From NCBI GenBank assembly GCA_025055015.1, contig JANWYQ010000055.1, positions 41,371-105,370 of the forward strand: DNA of 64,000 nucleotides, in the 5' to 3' direction. Positions 42,549 through 54,682 of this stretch are shown here, piece after piece. Origin of the DNA: Caldilineales bacterium (GTDB lineage: Bacteria > Chloroflexota > Anaerolineae > JAAEKA01). A program made the translations under genes and the position numbers. The notes beneath the pieces are model-generated. The model did no database searches, had not been told where the DNA came from, and saw nothing but the letters and a program-made list of their open reading frames with translations. How positions within the stretch are numbered: position 1 is the first letter of the stretch; the number at the start of each line of letters is the position of its first letter.

Positions 42549-42802
42549 GGGGAAAGCAATCGGCAACGGGTGATGGGATAGCTCGTCACCTCGATTGTAG
42601 GTTGGAGGCGCTTGGGTGGCAAACGCGCAAGGGGGACAGCGGCTGTCCAGGGGCCGGTGTTGGGCGCCTCCCCTCGGGCGACCGGTCCAGCGCGGCTCAG
42701 AGCTCAACTCCCATTGGCAACCCGTTACGCGATTTGCGGCCGTTGTGTTACAATAGCAGCAGCCGCCACGCTGAGGATCAGCAGGTCTGCGAGGTGAACG
42801 CC

Positions 42803-43552
42803 ATGAGTGTCCGACTCAAGTCCCCCCGAGCCAGCAAGGACGCAGTAATCTACCCAGAAAGCGACGGCAAGCCCATGGCCGAGTCCGACTTGCACCGCGA
42901 GATCATGGTCTACATCATCCACCTCTTGCAGCGGTGGTTCAAGGGGCAGCAGGTGTACGTCAGCGGCAACCTGTTACTCTATTACGAGGAGGGCAACCCG
43001 CGCAAGGTGGTGGCCCCTGACTGCTTCGTGGTGTGGGGCGTGCCCCCGCACCGCCGGCCGATCTACAAGCTGTGGGAGGAGGGCAAGGCGCCGGGCGTGG
43101 TGTTCGAGGTCACCTCCAAGAGCACCCGACACGAGGACTGGGTCACCAAGATGCACCTGTACGCGCGGCTGGGCGTGCAGGAGTACTACCTTTACGACCC
43201 CACGGGCGACTACTTGCGGCCCACGCTGCAGGCGTTCGTGCTGGAGGGCAAGCACTTTGTGCCCATGCCGCCGGCCAACCGGGGGACCCAGGTGGGTGAG
43301 CTCTCCCTGGCGCCGGCTGCCGACGAGCCGCCGGAGTACGTCAGCCCGTTGCTCGGCCTGCGCCTGGCCTTGAACGAGGACGGGTGGCTGGTGTTCTACG
43401 ACGAGGCCACGGGCCAACGGCTGCTCAGCGACGAGGAGGCGCGCAGGCAGGCCGAGGAGGAGCGGGCCCGCGCAGAAGCAGCTAGATCGCAGGCCGAGCA
43501 AGAGAACGCCCGCCTGCGCGCTGAGCTGGCCCGCCTGCGCGGCGAGGCATAA
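42803..43552 (+). CDS. Uma2 (DUF820) family putative endonuclease
   Basis: YPESDGKPMAES..H, APD.FVV, FEVTS.ST...D, K..LY..LGV.EY.LYDP; coiled-coil tail. Confidence 0.9.
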   Translation: MSVRLKSPRASKDAVIYPESDGKPMAESDLHREIMVYIIHLLQRWFKGQQVYVSGNLLLYYEEGNPRKVVAPDCFVVWGVPPHRRPIYKLWEEGKAPGVVFEVTSKSTRHEDWVTKMHLYARLGVQEYYLYDPTGDYLRPTLQAFVLEGKHFVPMPPANRGTQVGELSLAPAADEPPEYVSPLLGLRLALNEDGWLVFYDEATGQRLLSDEEARRQAEEERARAEAARSQAEQENARLRAELARLRGEA

Positions 43553-43575
43553 GATCGTCCCGGCGGCTTTCCCCC

Positions 43576-47388
<3,813 letters not shown>

Positions 47389-47692
47389 GGCAGGCTGCAG
47401 GCATGGAGAGTCAGAGCTGCAGGAGGATGGAGCCCTCCGGCGGTTGCTGCCACCACGCACCTCGCAGTCCAGCTGGACAGCCAGACTGATTCGCCAATCT
47501 CCAAGAACCGGCGCAGCTTGATAGCCCGGTTCTGCGCAACCGAGGTGGCCGCCGTTAGCGCAGGTGTCGCGTCTTTGCAGGAATGCTCGCTTGACTTGTT
47601 GGCGTGCAACGCTCGTCTGGGAGCGGGCCTCGGCGCCAACGCTGTGAAGCACTTCGATCTCGGGTGCTCGCACCTACCGGATAGGAGGTCCG

Positions 47693-48232
47693 ATGTATCA
47701 GGATAACCGCAAGCCCCTCAGCCGCCCGGGCCGCGCAGCGCTGGTGCTCTTGGCCCTGCTCTTGCTGTGGCCGATGGTCGCAGCCTGTGGCGCTCCGGCC
47801 GCGCCTGAGGCCACCGCAGACCGAACAGGAACGGCGGCGGCTTCGGCGCTCAGCGCCACCGCCACTCCCGCCGGAAAGCCTACCGCCACTGCCACCCGCC
47901 GCGCCACCCGAACGCCGACCCCAGCGCTGCGGCCTGCTCCCACGCGCGCCAGCAGCCTGCCCACGGTCCGCTACCAGGACCTGCCGCCGGAGGCTAAACG
48001 CACCATCGCCCTCATCGAGCAGGGCGGCCCCTTCCCCTTTGAGCGCGATGGCATCGTCTTCCAGAACCGCGAGGGGCTGCTGCCCCCCAAGCCGCGCGGG
48101 TACTATCGCGAGTACACGGTGATCACCCCAGGAAGCCGCGACCGCGGGCCGCGACGCATCGTAGCCGGCGCCGGTGGCGAGCTCTACTACACGGAAGATC
48201 ACTACCAGAGTTTTCGCGAAGTCGTCCGGTAG
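47693..48232 (+). CDS. Guanyl-specific ribonuclease (barnase/RNase Sa family), predicted lipoprotein
   Basis: Lipobox-like VAAC; GGPFP..RDG.VFQNRE..LP, YYREYTV, RRIV, YYT.DHY.SF. Confidence 0.9.
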   Translation: MYQDNRKPLSRPGRAALVLLALLLLWPMVAACGAPAAPEATADRTGTAAASALSATATPAGKPTATATRRATRTPTPALRPAPTRASSLPTVRYQDLPPEAKRTIALIEQGGPFPFERDGIVFQNREGLLPPKPRGYYREYTVITPGSRDRGPRRIVAGAGGELYYTEDHYQSFREVVR

Positions 48233-48296
48233 TTCGGCAGCCTGCGCCGGACCCTCCGGCTGTTTGACCGAGGTCACCACTGCGAAAGAGTCTCCC

Positions 48297-48734
48297 ATGC
48301 CTAAGTTACATGCCCTGTTCGACGGCCAAACGCCGCCCGGCCTCTACCGCGTGCCCGCAACGACTCCACCGGAGCGCCTTCGGCGGCAGGCCGAGGCCCG
48401 CGGCTGGCGCTTCTTCTACGTGGACGGATCGTCGGTCGCCGACAAGCCCTCCTTCATCCGCACGGTCGGCGACGCCATGGCCTTCCCCGCCTACTCCGCC
48501 CTGAACTGGGACGCGTTCGAGGAGTCGCTGCGCGACCTGACCTGGGCGCCGGCCGCCGGCTACCTGGTGCTTTTCGACGAGCCCGACCAGTTTGCCGCCC
48601 GCAATCCCCAGCAATGGGCCACCGCGCGCGCCATCCTAGAGGACGCAGTGGCCTTCTGGCGCGCGCAGGGCACGCCGATGGTGGTGCTCTTCCGCCGCGC
48701 CGGCCGCGCCCTGCCCGATGTTCCCTGGCTGTAG
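48297..48734 (+). CDS. Barstar-family RNase inhibitor
   Basis: FP.Y...NWDAFEESLRDL; directly after the RNase gene. Confidence 0.88.
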   Translation: MPKLHALFDGQTPPGLYRVPATTPPERLRRQAEARGWRFFYVDGSSVADKPSFIRTVGDAMAFPAYSALNWDAFEESLRDLTWAPAAGYLVLFDEPDQFAARNPQQWATARAILEDAVAFWRAQGTPMVVLFRRAGRALPDVPWL

Positions 48735-48878
48735 TCCGGCGGTCTGAAGCTGTCTGGGCCGTCTTTGCGCTTATGCGGCGTGCCTTTCCCCGTGTTCACC
48801 GGCTCAAGCTTCCACGCTGAGCACGTTCCTTGCCCTGCCCAAAGCCTAAACCAAATCTCACGTCGGAGGTTCTCGTCC

Positions 48879-49424
48879 ATGCGTCTTATCCCGCGCAAGA
48901 TCTTCCTGACCCGTGGCGTTGGCATCCACAAGGAGAAGCTCTCCAGCTTCGAGCTGGCGCTGCGGGACGCCGGCATTGCCGAGTTCAACTTGGTGCGCGT
49001 CTCCTCCATCTTCCCGCCCAACTGCAAGATCGTGACCCGTGAGGAGGGCATGAAGCTGTTGCAGCCGGGCGAGATCGTCTTCGCCGTCATCGCCGAGATG
49101 GCCACCAACGAGCCGGGCCGCCGCATCGCCGCGGCCATCGGCGTGGCCCGGCCGGCTGACCGCGACAAGTACGGCTATCTGTCGGAACATCACACCTTTG
49201 GCCAAACGGAGCAAGAAGCCGCGGACTACGCCGAGGACCTGGCCGCCACCATGCTCGCCACCACCCTGGGCATCCCCTTCGACGCCGACAAGGACTACAA
49301 CGAGCGCAAGGAGCAGTATCTGATGGGCGGCGAGATCGTGGACACCACCAGCATCTCCATCGGCGTCAATGCAGCCTCCGGCGGCGTCTGGACCACGGTG
49401 GTGGCTGCGGCGATCCTAATCTGA
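48879..49424 (+). CDS. pdaD: Pyruvoyl-dependent arginine decarboxylase
   Basis: SFE.ALRDAGI..FNLVRVSSI.PP (Ser-Ser cleavage site), YGYLSEHH; GGAGG RBS. Confidence 0.92.
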   Translation: MRLIPRKIFLTRGVGIHKEKLSSFELALRDAGIAEFNLVRVSSIFPPNCKIVTREEGMKLLQPGEIVFAVIAEMATNEPGRRIAAAIGVARPADRDKYGYLSEHHTFGQTEQEAADYAEDLAATMLATTLGIPFDADKDYNERKEQYLMGGEIVDTTSISIGVNAASGGVWTTVVAAAILI

Positions 49425-49452
49425 CAGGCAAGGGGCGCCAACCGTTGGATGG

Positions 49453-50373
49453 TTGGCGCCCTTCCTCCACACGCCCATGACCCCCGACAACTTCCTGGGG
49501 CTTCCCGAGCCCTACAGCGACTTCGACCGCGCCGGGGTGCTGGTGTTGCCCATCCCCTTCGAGGCCACGGTGAGCTACGGCCGCGGCGCGGCCGGCGGGC
49601 CGGCGGCCATTGTGGCCGCCTCGCAGCAGGTGGAGCTCTACGACCGCGAGTTCGACCAGGAGCCGGCGCTGGCCTTCGGGGTCCACACCCTGCCGCCCCT
49701 GGCCCTGCCTGCGGACCCGGCGGCGGCCGTAGAGGGCATCGCCCTGGCCGTGGCCAGCCTGGCTCGCACCGGCAAGCTGGTAGTCGGCCTAGGCGGCGAG
49801 CACACGGTGAGCGTCGGCTTCGGCCGCGGGCTGTTGGCGGCGCTGGAGGGGCCCCTCACCGTGGTGCAGCTCGACGCGCACAGCGACCTGCGGGACCGGT
49901 ACGACGGCACCCCCTACAGCCACGCCTGCGTCGCCCGGCGCCTGCTGGAGGAGCCGGGCATCGAGCAGATCCTGCAGCTGGGCGTGCGCTCGGTCTGCCC
50001 GGAGGAGGTGGCCCTGGCGCGCAGCCGGCCGGAGCAGGTGCGGGTGTGGTACGCGGAGGAGGTCCACGCCGGCGGCTGGCAAGCGGAGCTGATCCGGCGG
50101 GTGCGCGGCCGCCGCGTCTACCTGACCCTGGACGTGGACGGGCTGGACCCCAGCGTGATCCTGGCCACGGGCACGCCGGAGCCGGACGGCCTGAGCTGGC
50201 AAGAGGCGTTGGCCGTGCTGCGCACCGTGGCCGAACACGCCGAGATCGTCGGCCTGGACTGCGTGGAGCTGGCGCCGGCGCCCGGCCTCCACGCCTCTGA
50301 CTACGCCGCGGCCAAGCTGGTGTACAAGGTCATGGCTTACGCCATGTTGCTGGGGCGCCGGGGACGCAGATGA
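49453..50373 (+). CDS. speB: Agmatinase (ureohydrolase); start TTG 49453 or ATG 49477
   Basis: GGEH, DAHSDLRD, SHAC, DVDGLDPS, GTPEP.G. Confidence 0.92.
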   Translation: MAPFLHTPMTPDNFLGLPEPYSDFDRAGVLVLPIPFEATVSYGRGAAGGPAAIVAASQQVELYDREFDQEPALAFGVHTLPPLALPADPAAAVEGIALAVASLARTGKLVVGLGGEHTVSVGFGRGLLAALEGPLTVVQLDAHSDLRDRYDGTPYSHACVARRLLEEPGIEQILQLGVRSVCPEEVALARSRPEQVRVWYAEEVHAGGWQAELIRRVRGRRVYLTLDVDGLDPSVILATGTPEPDGLSWQEALAVLRTVAEHAEIVGLDCVELAPAPGLHASDYAAAKLVYKVMAYAMLLGRRGRR

Positions 50374-50426
50374 ACGCAGATGCTGCGGATCGGAAGGGAT
50401 GGCTGACTCGCTAGAAAGGAATATCC

Positions 50427-51407
50427 ATGGAACACGCTGCCAGCGTTAAGGCTTTCATCAAGCATCACTTCCGCCACTTCAACGCCGCGGCCCTAGTGGA
50501 CGCAGCCGAGGGCTACGTGCAGTTCCTGCGCCGCGGGGGCCAGATGCTGATCGCCATGGCCGGCGCCATGAGCACCGCCGAGCTGGGCCTCTCCCTGGCC
50601 GAGATGATCCGCCAGGGCAAGGTGCATGCCATCAGCTGCACCGGCGCCAACCTAGAGGAGGACATCTACAACCTGGTGGCCCACAACCACTACGTGCGCA
50701 TCCCGAACTGGCGCGACCTGACCCCCCAGGACGAGCAGGCGCTCTTGGCGCGGCACCTCAACCGGGTCACCGACACCTGCATCCCTGAGGAGGAGGCCAT
50801 CCGCCGCATCGAGAGCGCACTGCTGGACGAGTGGACCCGGGCCGACCAGGCGGGCGAGCGCTACTTTCCTCACGAGTTCTTCTACCGCATTCTGCGCAGC
50901 GGCCGCCTGGAGCCCTTCTACCAGATTGACCCGCGCGACAGCTGGATGGTGGCGGCCTGCGAGCGAAACCTGCCCATCTTCGTGCCCGGCTGGGAGGACT
51001 CCACCTGCGGCAACATCTACGCCGCGCACTGCATCGAGGGCACCATTCGCAACGTGCACACCGTGCGCACCGGCATCGAGGCCATGATGGCCCTGGCCGG
51101 CTGGTACAGCGAGGTGTCGCGCACCAACCCCCTGGGCTTCTTCCAGATCGGCGGCGGCATCGCCGGCGACTTCCCCATCTGTGTGGTGCCCATGCTGCGC
51201 CAGGACCTGCAGATGCGGGAGATCCCCCTCTGGGCCTACTTCTGCCAGATCAGCGACTCCACCACCAGCTACGGCTCCTACTCCGGCGCGGTGCCCAACG
51301 AGAAGATCACCTGGGAGAAGCTGGACATCTCCACCCCCAAGTTCCTCATCGAGTCGGACGCCACCATCGTCGCCCCCCTGATCTTCGCCTACGTGCTGGC
51401 AAGCTGA
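50427..51407 (+). CDS. Deoxyhypusine-synthase-like protein (candidate homospermidine synthase)
   Basis: AGAMSTAELG, TGANLEED, NRVTD, GWEDS, IGGG, SYSGA.PNEKITW.K, SDATIVAP. Confidence 0.9.
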   Translation: MEHAASVKAFIKHHFRHFNAAALVDAAEGYVQFLRRGGQMLIAMAGAMSTAELGLSLAEMIRQGKVHAISCTGANLEEDIYNLVAHNHYVRIPNWRDLTPQDEQALLARHLNRVTDTCIPEEEAIRRIESALLDEWTRADQAGERYFPHEFFYRILRSGRLEPFYQIDPRDSWMVAACERNLPIFVPGWEDSTCGNIYAAHCIEGTIRNVHTVRTGIEAMMALAGWYSEVSRTNPLGFFQIGGGIAGDFPICVVPMLRQDLQMREIPLWAYFCQISDSTTSYGSYSGAVPNEKITWEKLDISTPKFLIESDATIVAPLIFAYVLAS

Positions 51408-51418
51408 TCGCACCAAGA

Positions 51419-51545
51419 CCGGACCAGCCTACGCGACCGGCCAGGCTGGTCCAGTCTCTCACAGTCGCCGATGGGACTGGACCAGCCCAGGGACGAGAGA
51501 GGCTGGTCCAGTCTCTCACAGCCGCCGACAGGACTGGAGCAGCCT
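51419..51545. repeat. REP/BIME-like alternating inverted repeats
   Basis: GGCTGGTCCAGTCTCTCACAG twice, alternating with (GACT)GGACCAGCC copies. Confidence 0.75.
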
Positions 51546-51606
51546 CCGAACCCGGCTGCCGCAGGTGCCGAATCGGCACGGTTGTGTCTAGCGTGAGGTC
51601 AGCCGT
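51541..51606 (-). pseudogene. Degenerate N-terminal remnant of a PIN (VapC-like) toxin
   Basis: ACG-ADLTLDTTVPIRHLRQPG overlapping the antitoxin stop; matches MPAYLLDTGILIRHLR at 17729; start codon lost. Confidence 0.6.
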
Positions 51607-51904
51607 GCTCCACCGGACCTTCCGATACCCCGTCGAGGGAGGGCAGCATCCACGTGGAGCGCAGCCGACGCACGAAGCGGTCAATGTCCTCTTCGGTCGC
51701 TAGCTCCGGATCGTCTGCATCGGACCAGGCGCCGCTGGACTTTTCAAGGGCCTTGAGCGGTCGTTCCCGACGAAGCGCGCGCTCGGTTGCTTCCACGATG
51801 AAGCTGTTCCGCTCCCGCGGTGGTACAAGCGACTCCATCATCTCCAGGAGAGGCTCGGGAAACGCTACGTTGATTCTTCGTCGGCTGACCGATGGTGCTG
51901 TCAT
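51599..51904 (-). CDS. Ribbon-helix-helix (VapB-like) antitoxin, paralog of 17732-18010
   Basis: RINVAFP...LVPPRERNSFIVEATERALRR...GAWSDADDPELA...IDRF. Confidence 0.75.
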   Translation of the reverse strand: MTAPSVSRRRINVAFPEPLLEMMESLVPPRERNSFIVEATERALRRERPLKALEKSSGAWSDADDPELATEEDIDRFVRRLRSTWMLPSLDGVSEGPVEHG

Positions 51905-51927
51905 CGTTGCGCCTTCGTGTTCTTCCG

Positions 51928-52362
51928 TCACCAGCTTCCCATCTTCGTCATTCGCTGCACCTCGATAGCAAACACCACGCGCGGGGCCTGCATCAGCGCC
52001 TCCACCATGGCGTCCACCCGTTCGGCCGGCACGTAGCGCGCCACGATGCGCTGTGTGATAGGCCGCGCCGCCTCCCCCTCGGCCACCACGTGGGCCAGGC
52101 CGCGGCCCGTCACCCCGCGGTAGGGCGGCTGGTCGCGGTCAATCGCAAACCCGACCTTGGGGTGGCCGCGCATGTTGCGTGCCTTGACCCGGTCGGCCGT
52201 GGTGCTCACCAGCAGGCGGCCCTCCTCGAACAGGTACCACACCGGCGTCACCTGGGGATAGCCGTCGCTGCCCAGGGTGCCCAGGCGCATCAGCAGGCCG
52301 GGCTCGTTCAGAAACGCCACCACGGCGTCGTCCAGGGCGATAGGGGGGTGTTCGTCGTGCAT
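51928..52362 (-). CDS. PPOX-class (split beta-barrel) putative F420-dependent oxidoreductase, possible internal start
   Basis: LGT...DGYPQVTPVWY, K.RNMR.HPKV; GGAGA 8 nt before ATG 52362. Confidence 0.75.
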   Translation of the reverse strand: MHDEHPPIALDDAVVAFLNEPGLLMRLGTLGSDGYPQVTPVWYLFEEGRLLVSTTADRVKARNMRGHPKVGFAIDRDQPPYRGVTGRGLAHVVAEGEAARPITQRIVARYVPAERVDAMVEALMQAPRVVFAIEVQRMTKMGSW

Positions 52363-53259
52363 GGGAGATGTCTCCAAGGGGGCGTGAGCGGTCCCCGGGA
52401 TGGCGTCGGCCCGCTCGATGGCCAGCCACTGGGCCAGGTCCGCGGGCAGGTCCACGTCCAACCCCAGCCGCGGGGAGCGGACGATGTGGCAAGCCAGGCC
52501 GCGCTCGCGCGCCTGGGCGCAGTGGCGCTGAAAGCTGCCGGGGCCGAACGCATAGCGCAGCGCGCCCGGCGGCCGCACCAACAGCGCGTTGGTGCCCTGC
52601 TCCTGGCCGTCCGGCGCAACAACCACCGCGGCCGGCGCGTAGAGCAGCTGGCTGGCCCGCCACAGCCGCTCCACGTCGGCCAGGGTGAGCAGCGGCAGGT
52701 CGGCCGGCAGGATCAACACCGCGCTGGCTCCGCGCGCCGCAGCAAAGGCCGTGGCCTGCTCCAGCGCGGCGTTGAGGGGGTGATCGGTGGACGGTGAACC
52801 GTGAACGGTGAACGGTGGACGGTGATCAGTAATCGGTGAACGGTGAACGGTGATCGGTGGACGGTGAACGGTAAACGATGAGCCCTGATCGCTCTTCTGC
52901 GGAGCTCGCCTCCCTACCTGCGACCGCCCCGACAACGCTCTCGAGGAACCTCTGTGCCTCTGGGCCTGTGCGTTGAACGTCCGCCCCTCCAGGTGCGAAC
53001 CCGCCTCCGCAGGTACGGGCGACGCCGCCTCGGCCAGGGGCAGCAGACCGTAGGCCGCGGCCAGGTCCAGCGCCGCGGGGTCGGGGCTGACTACGATGCC
53101 GACCGCGCCAAGCCGGCTCTGCGCCTGGCGGACGACCTCCAGGCTGCTCTGTAGCAGGCGCAGGGCCAGCGCCTGGCGCTCCTCGGCCGACAGGACCTCA
53201 GCCAGCCGGCTCTTGGCCTCGGCCAGCCGCTTGACCGGGACGAGGATGTACAGCGTCAC
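51928..53259 (-). CDS. cofC: 2-phospho-L-lactate/PEP guanylyltransferase CofC in frame with a C-terminal PPOX-class domain
   Basis: VPVK.L..AKSRL, LNAAL, LPADLP, GTNAL, FGPGSF..H, DVD.P.DL; no stop before the PPOX part; GTG start overlaps the cupin stop. Confidence 0.8.
   Translation of the reverse strand: MTLYILVPVKRLAEAKSRLAEVLSAEERQALALRLLQSSLEVVRQAQSRLGAVGIVVSPDPAALDLAAAYGLLPLAEAASPVPAEAGSHLEGRTFNAQAQRHRGSSRALSGRSQVGRRAPQKSDQGSSFTVHRPPITVHRSPITDHRPPFTVHGSPSTDHPLNAALEQATAFAAARGASAVLILPADLPLLTLADVERLWRASQLLYAPAAVVVAPDGQEQGTNALLVRPPGALRYAFGPGSFQRHCAQARERGLACHIVRSPRLGLDVDLPADLAQWLAIERADAIPGTAHAPLETSPMHDEHPPIALDDAVVAFLNEPGLLMRLGTLGSDGYPQVTPVWYLFEEGRLLVSTTADRVKARNMRGHPKVGFAIDRDQPPYRGVTGRGLAHVVAEGEAARPITQRIVARYVPAERVDAMVEALMQAPRVVFAIEVQRMTKMGSW
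52781..52878. repeat. 14 tandem heptamers (TGAACGG-like) inside cofC
   Basis: tgatcgg tggacgg tgaaccg tgaacgg ... taaacga; encodes TVHRPPITVHRSPITDHR on the minus strand. Confidence 0.9.
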
Positions 53260-53648
53260 GCCGGCTCCCACCGGCCCGGCACGAAGTAGGCCTCGTCCTC
53301 GCCGGGCCACGGGGGCATAGTGATAGCCACGGCCGTCAGCGGCTCCGGCCCGAAGGAGCGAAACTGAAAATGCGTGCCCAGCGGGATGGTGATGCACACG
53401 CCGGCTGACACCGGCGTGATCTCCTCGCGCTCGCCCTGCCGCCGCCACATCTCCCCCCGGCCGCCCAGGAAGAACCAGATCTCCTCCACCGTGCGATGGG
53501 CCACGGCGCGGGAGGTGCGGCCCGGCGCCAGCGCGAAGTGGGCCATGCTGCCGCCGGGCAGGGCTAGCAGCACCCGCACGTCGGAGCCGTCGGGGGCTAC
53601 TACGTCAGGGGCAGCCGGCAGGTGTTTAGTAGCAAAGGGAACGGACAT
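53256..53648 (-). CDS. Cupin-domain protein
   Basis: APDGSDVR, AV.H.TVEEIWFFL.G.G, IP.GT.FQFR. Confidence 0.85.
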   Translation of the reverse strand: MSVPFATKHLPAAPDVVAPDGSDVRVLLALPGGSMAHFALAPGRTSRAVAHRTVEEIWFFLGGRGEMWRRQGEREEITPVSAGVCITIPLGTHFQFRSFGPEPLTAVAITMPPWPGEDEAYFVPGRWEPA

Positions 53649-53659
53649 AGGCAACGCTC

Positions 53660-54679
53660 TCAGCAGTCGCCGCGCCTCAGGGCCCAGGCAAAAGCCAGCA
53701 CCGCCTCGGCCAGGCGCTCCTTGTCGGCGGCGCTGCGCATGATGGTGTCGGTCACCAGGGGCTTCACCCCCAGCGCGGCCACGGCGTCCGCCAGGTCTGC
53801 GTCGGCCGTGTCCAGCACGAAGCCGTCCAGCCGCAGCCGCTGGGCCAGGTGCGCTGCCACCGACGTGGCCGAGACGTCCACGCCCAGCTCGGCCATGATC
53901 TTGGCTGCCGGCCCCTTGAGCGCCTGGCCGCCCACGATGGGGGAGACGGCCACCACCGGCCCGGCGAAGGCCCGCAGCCGCTCCCCCAGGCCGGGCAGCA
54001 GCAGGATAGGGTCCAGGCTCAGGTAGGGGTTGCTGGGGCAGAGCACCACGGCGTCCGCTGCGTCCAGGGCGGCCAGCACCTGGGGCGTCGGCCGGGCGGC
54101 CTCTAGCCCCTCGTAGCGCAAGCTCAGCACGCGCGGCTCGCAGCGCCGGCGCACGAAGTAGTGCTGGAAGGGCAGCGTCCCCTCGTCGGTGTGGACCACG
54201 GTGCGCACCGGCCGGTCGGACATGGGCAGGATGGCGGCGGCGATGCCCAGGGCAGTGCGCAGGCGCTCGGTGACCTCGGTCAGCGACCGGCCTTCCCGCA
54301 GCCACCGAGTGCGCAGGAGGTTGGTGGCCAGGTCGCCGTCGCCCAGGCGGAACCACGTCTCGCCGCCGTAGCGGGCCATCATGGCCAGCGCGCGAAAGGT
54401 CTCGTCGGCCAGGCCCCAGCCCTGCTCCGGGTGGTTGAGTCCCGCCAGGTTGTACATCACCGTGTCCAGGTCGGGACAGACGGTCAAGCCCCAGTGCTCG
54501 AAGTCGTCGCCGGTGTTGACCACCACGGCCAGGCGGCCGCCCAGCCGGCGATACAGGCCGTAGGCCAGCTTGGCGCCGCCCACGCCGCCGGCCAGGGCTA
54601 CGACCAACGGCTGGCCGGCCGGCGGCAGGGCATGACCCCGTTGGGCGGCGGCGGTGAGGGGGCTCGGGGGCTCGGTCAC
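53660..54679 (-). CDS. cofD: 2-phospho-L-lactate transferase CofD
   Basis: LAGGVGGAK, VNTGDD, CPDLDTVMY, WFRLGD.D, PSNP.LS..PI, AVSPIVGG..KGPA. Confidence 0.94.
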   Translation of the reverse strand: MTEPPSPLTAAAQRGHALPPAGQPLVVALAGGVGGAKLAYGLYRRLGGRLAVVVNTGDDFEHWGLTVCPDLDTVMYNLAGLNHPEQGWGLADETFRALAMMARYGGETWFRLGDGDLATNLLRTRWLREGRSLTEVTERLRTALGIAAAILPMSDRPVRTVVHTDEGTLPFQHYFVRRRCEPRVLSLRYEGLEAARPTPQVLAALDAADAVVLCPSNPYLSLDPILLLPGLGERLRAFAGPVVAVSPIVGGQALKGPAAKIMAELGVDVSATSVAAHLAQRLRLDGFVLDTADADLADAVAALGVKPLVTDTIMRSAADKERLAEAVLAFAWALRRGDC

Positions 54680-54682
54680 TGG

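Noticed and set aside
47389-47692. Possible gene remnant between the helicase and RNase genes
   Set aside because: Short ORFs with no recognisable motif or RBS
51419-51545. Mini CRISPR array
   Set aside because: Only two direct copies alternating with inverted copies, short spacers and no cas genes
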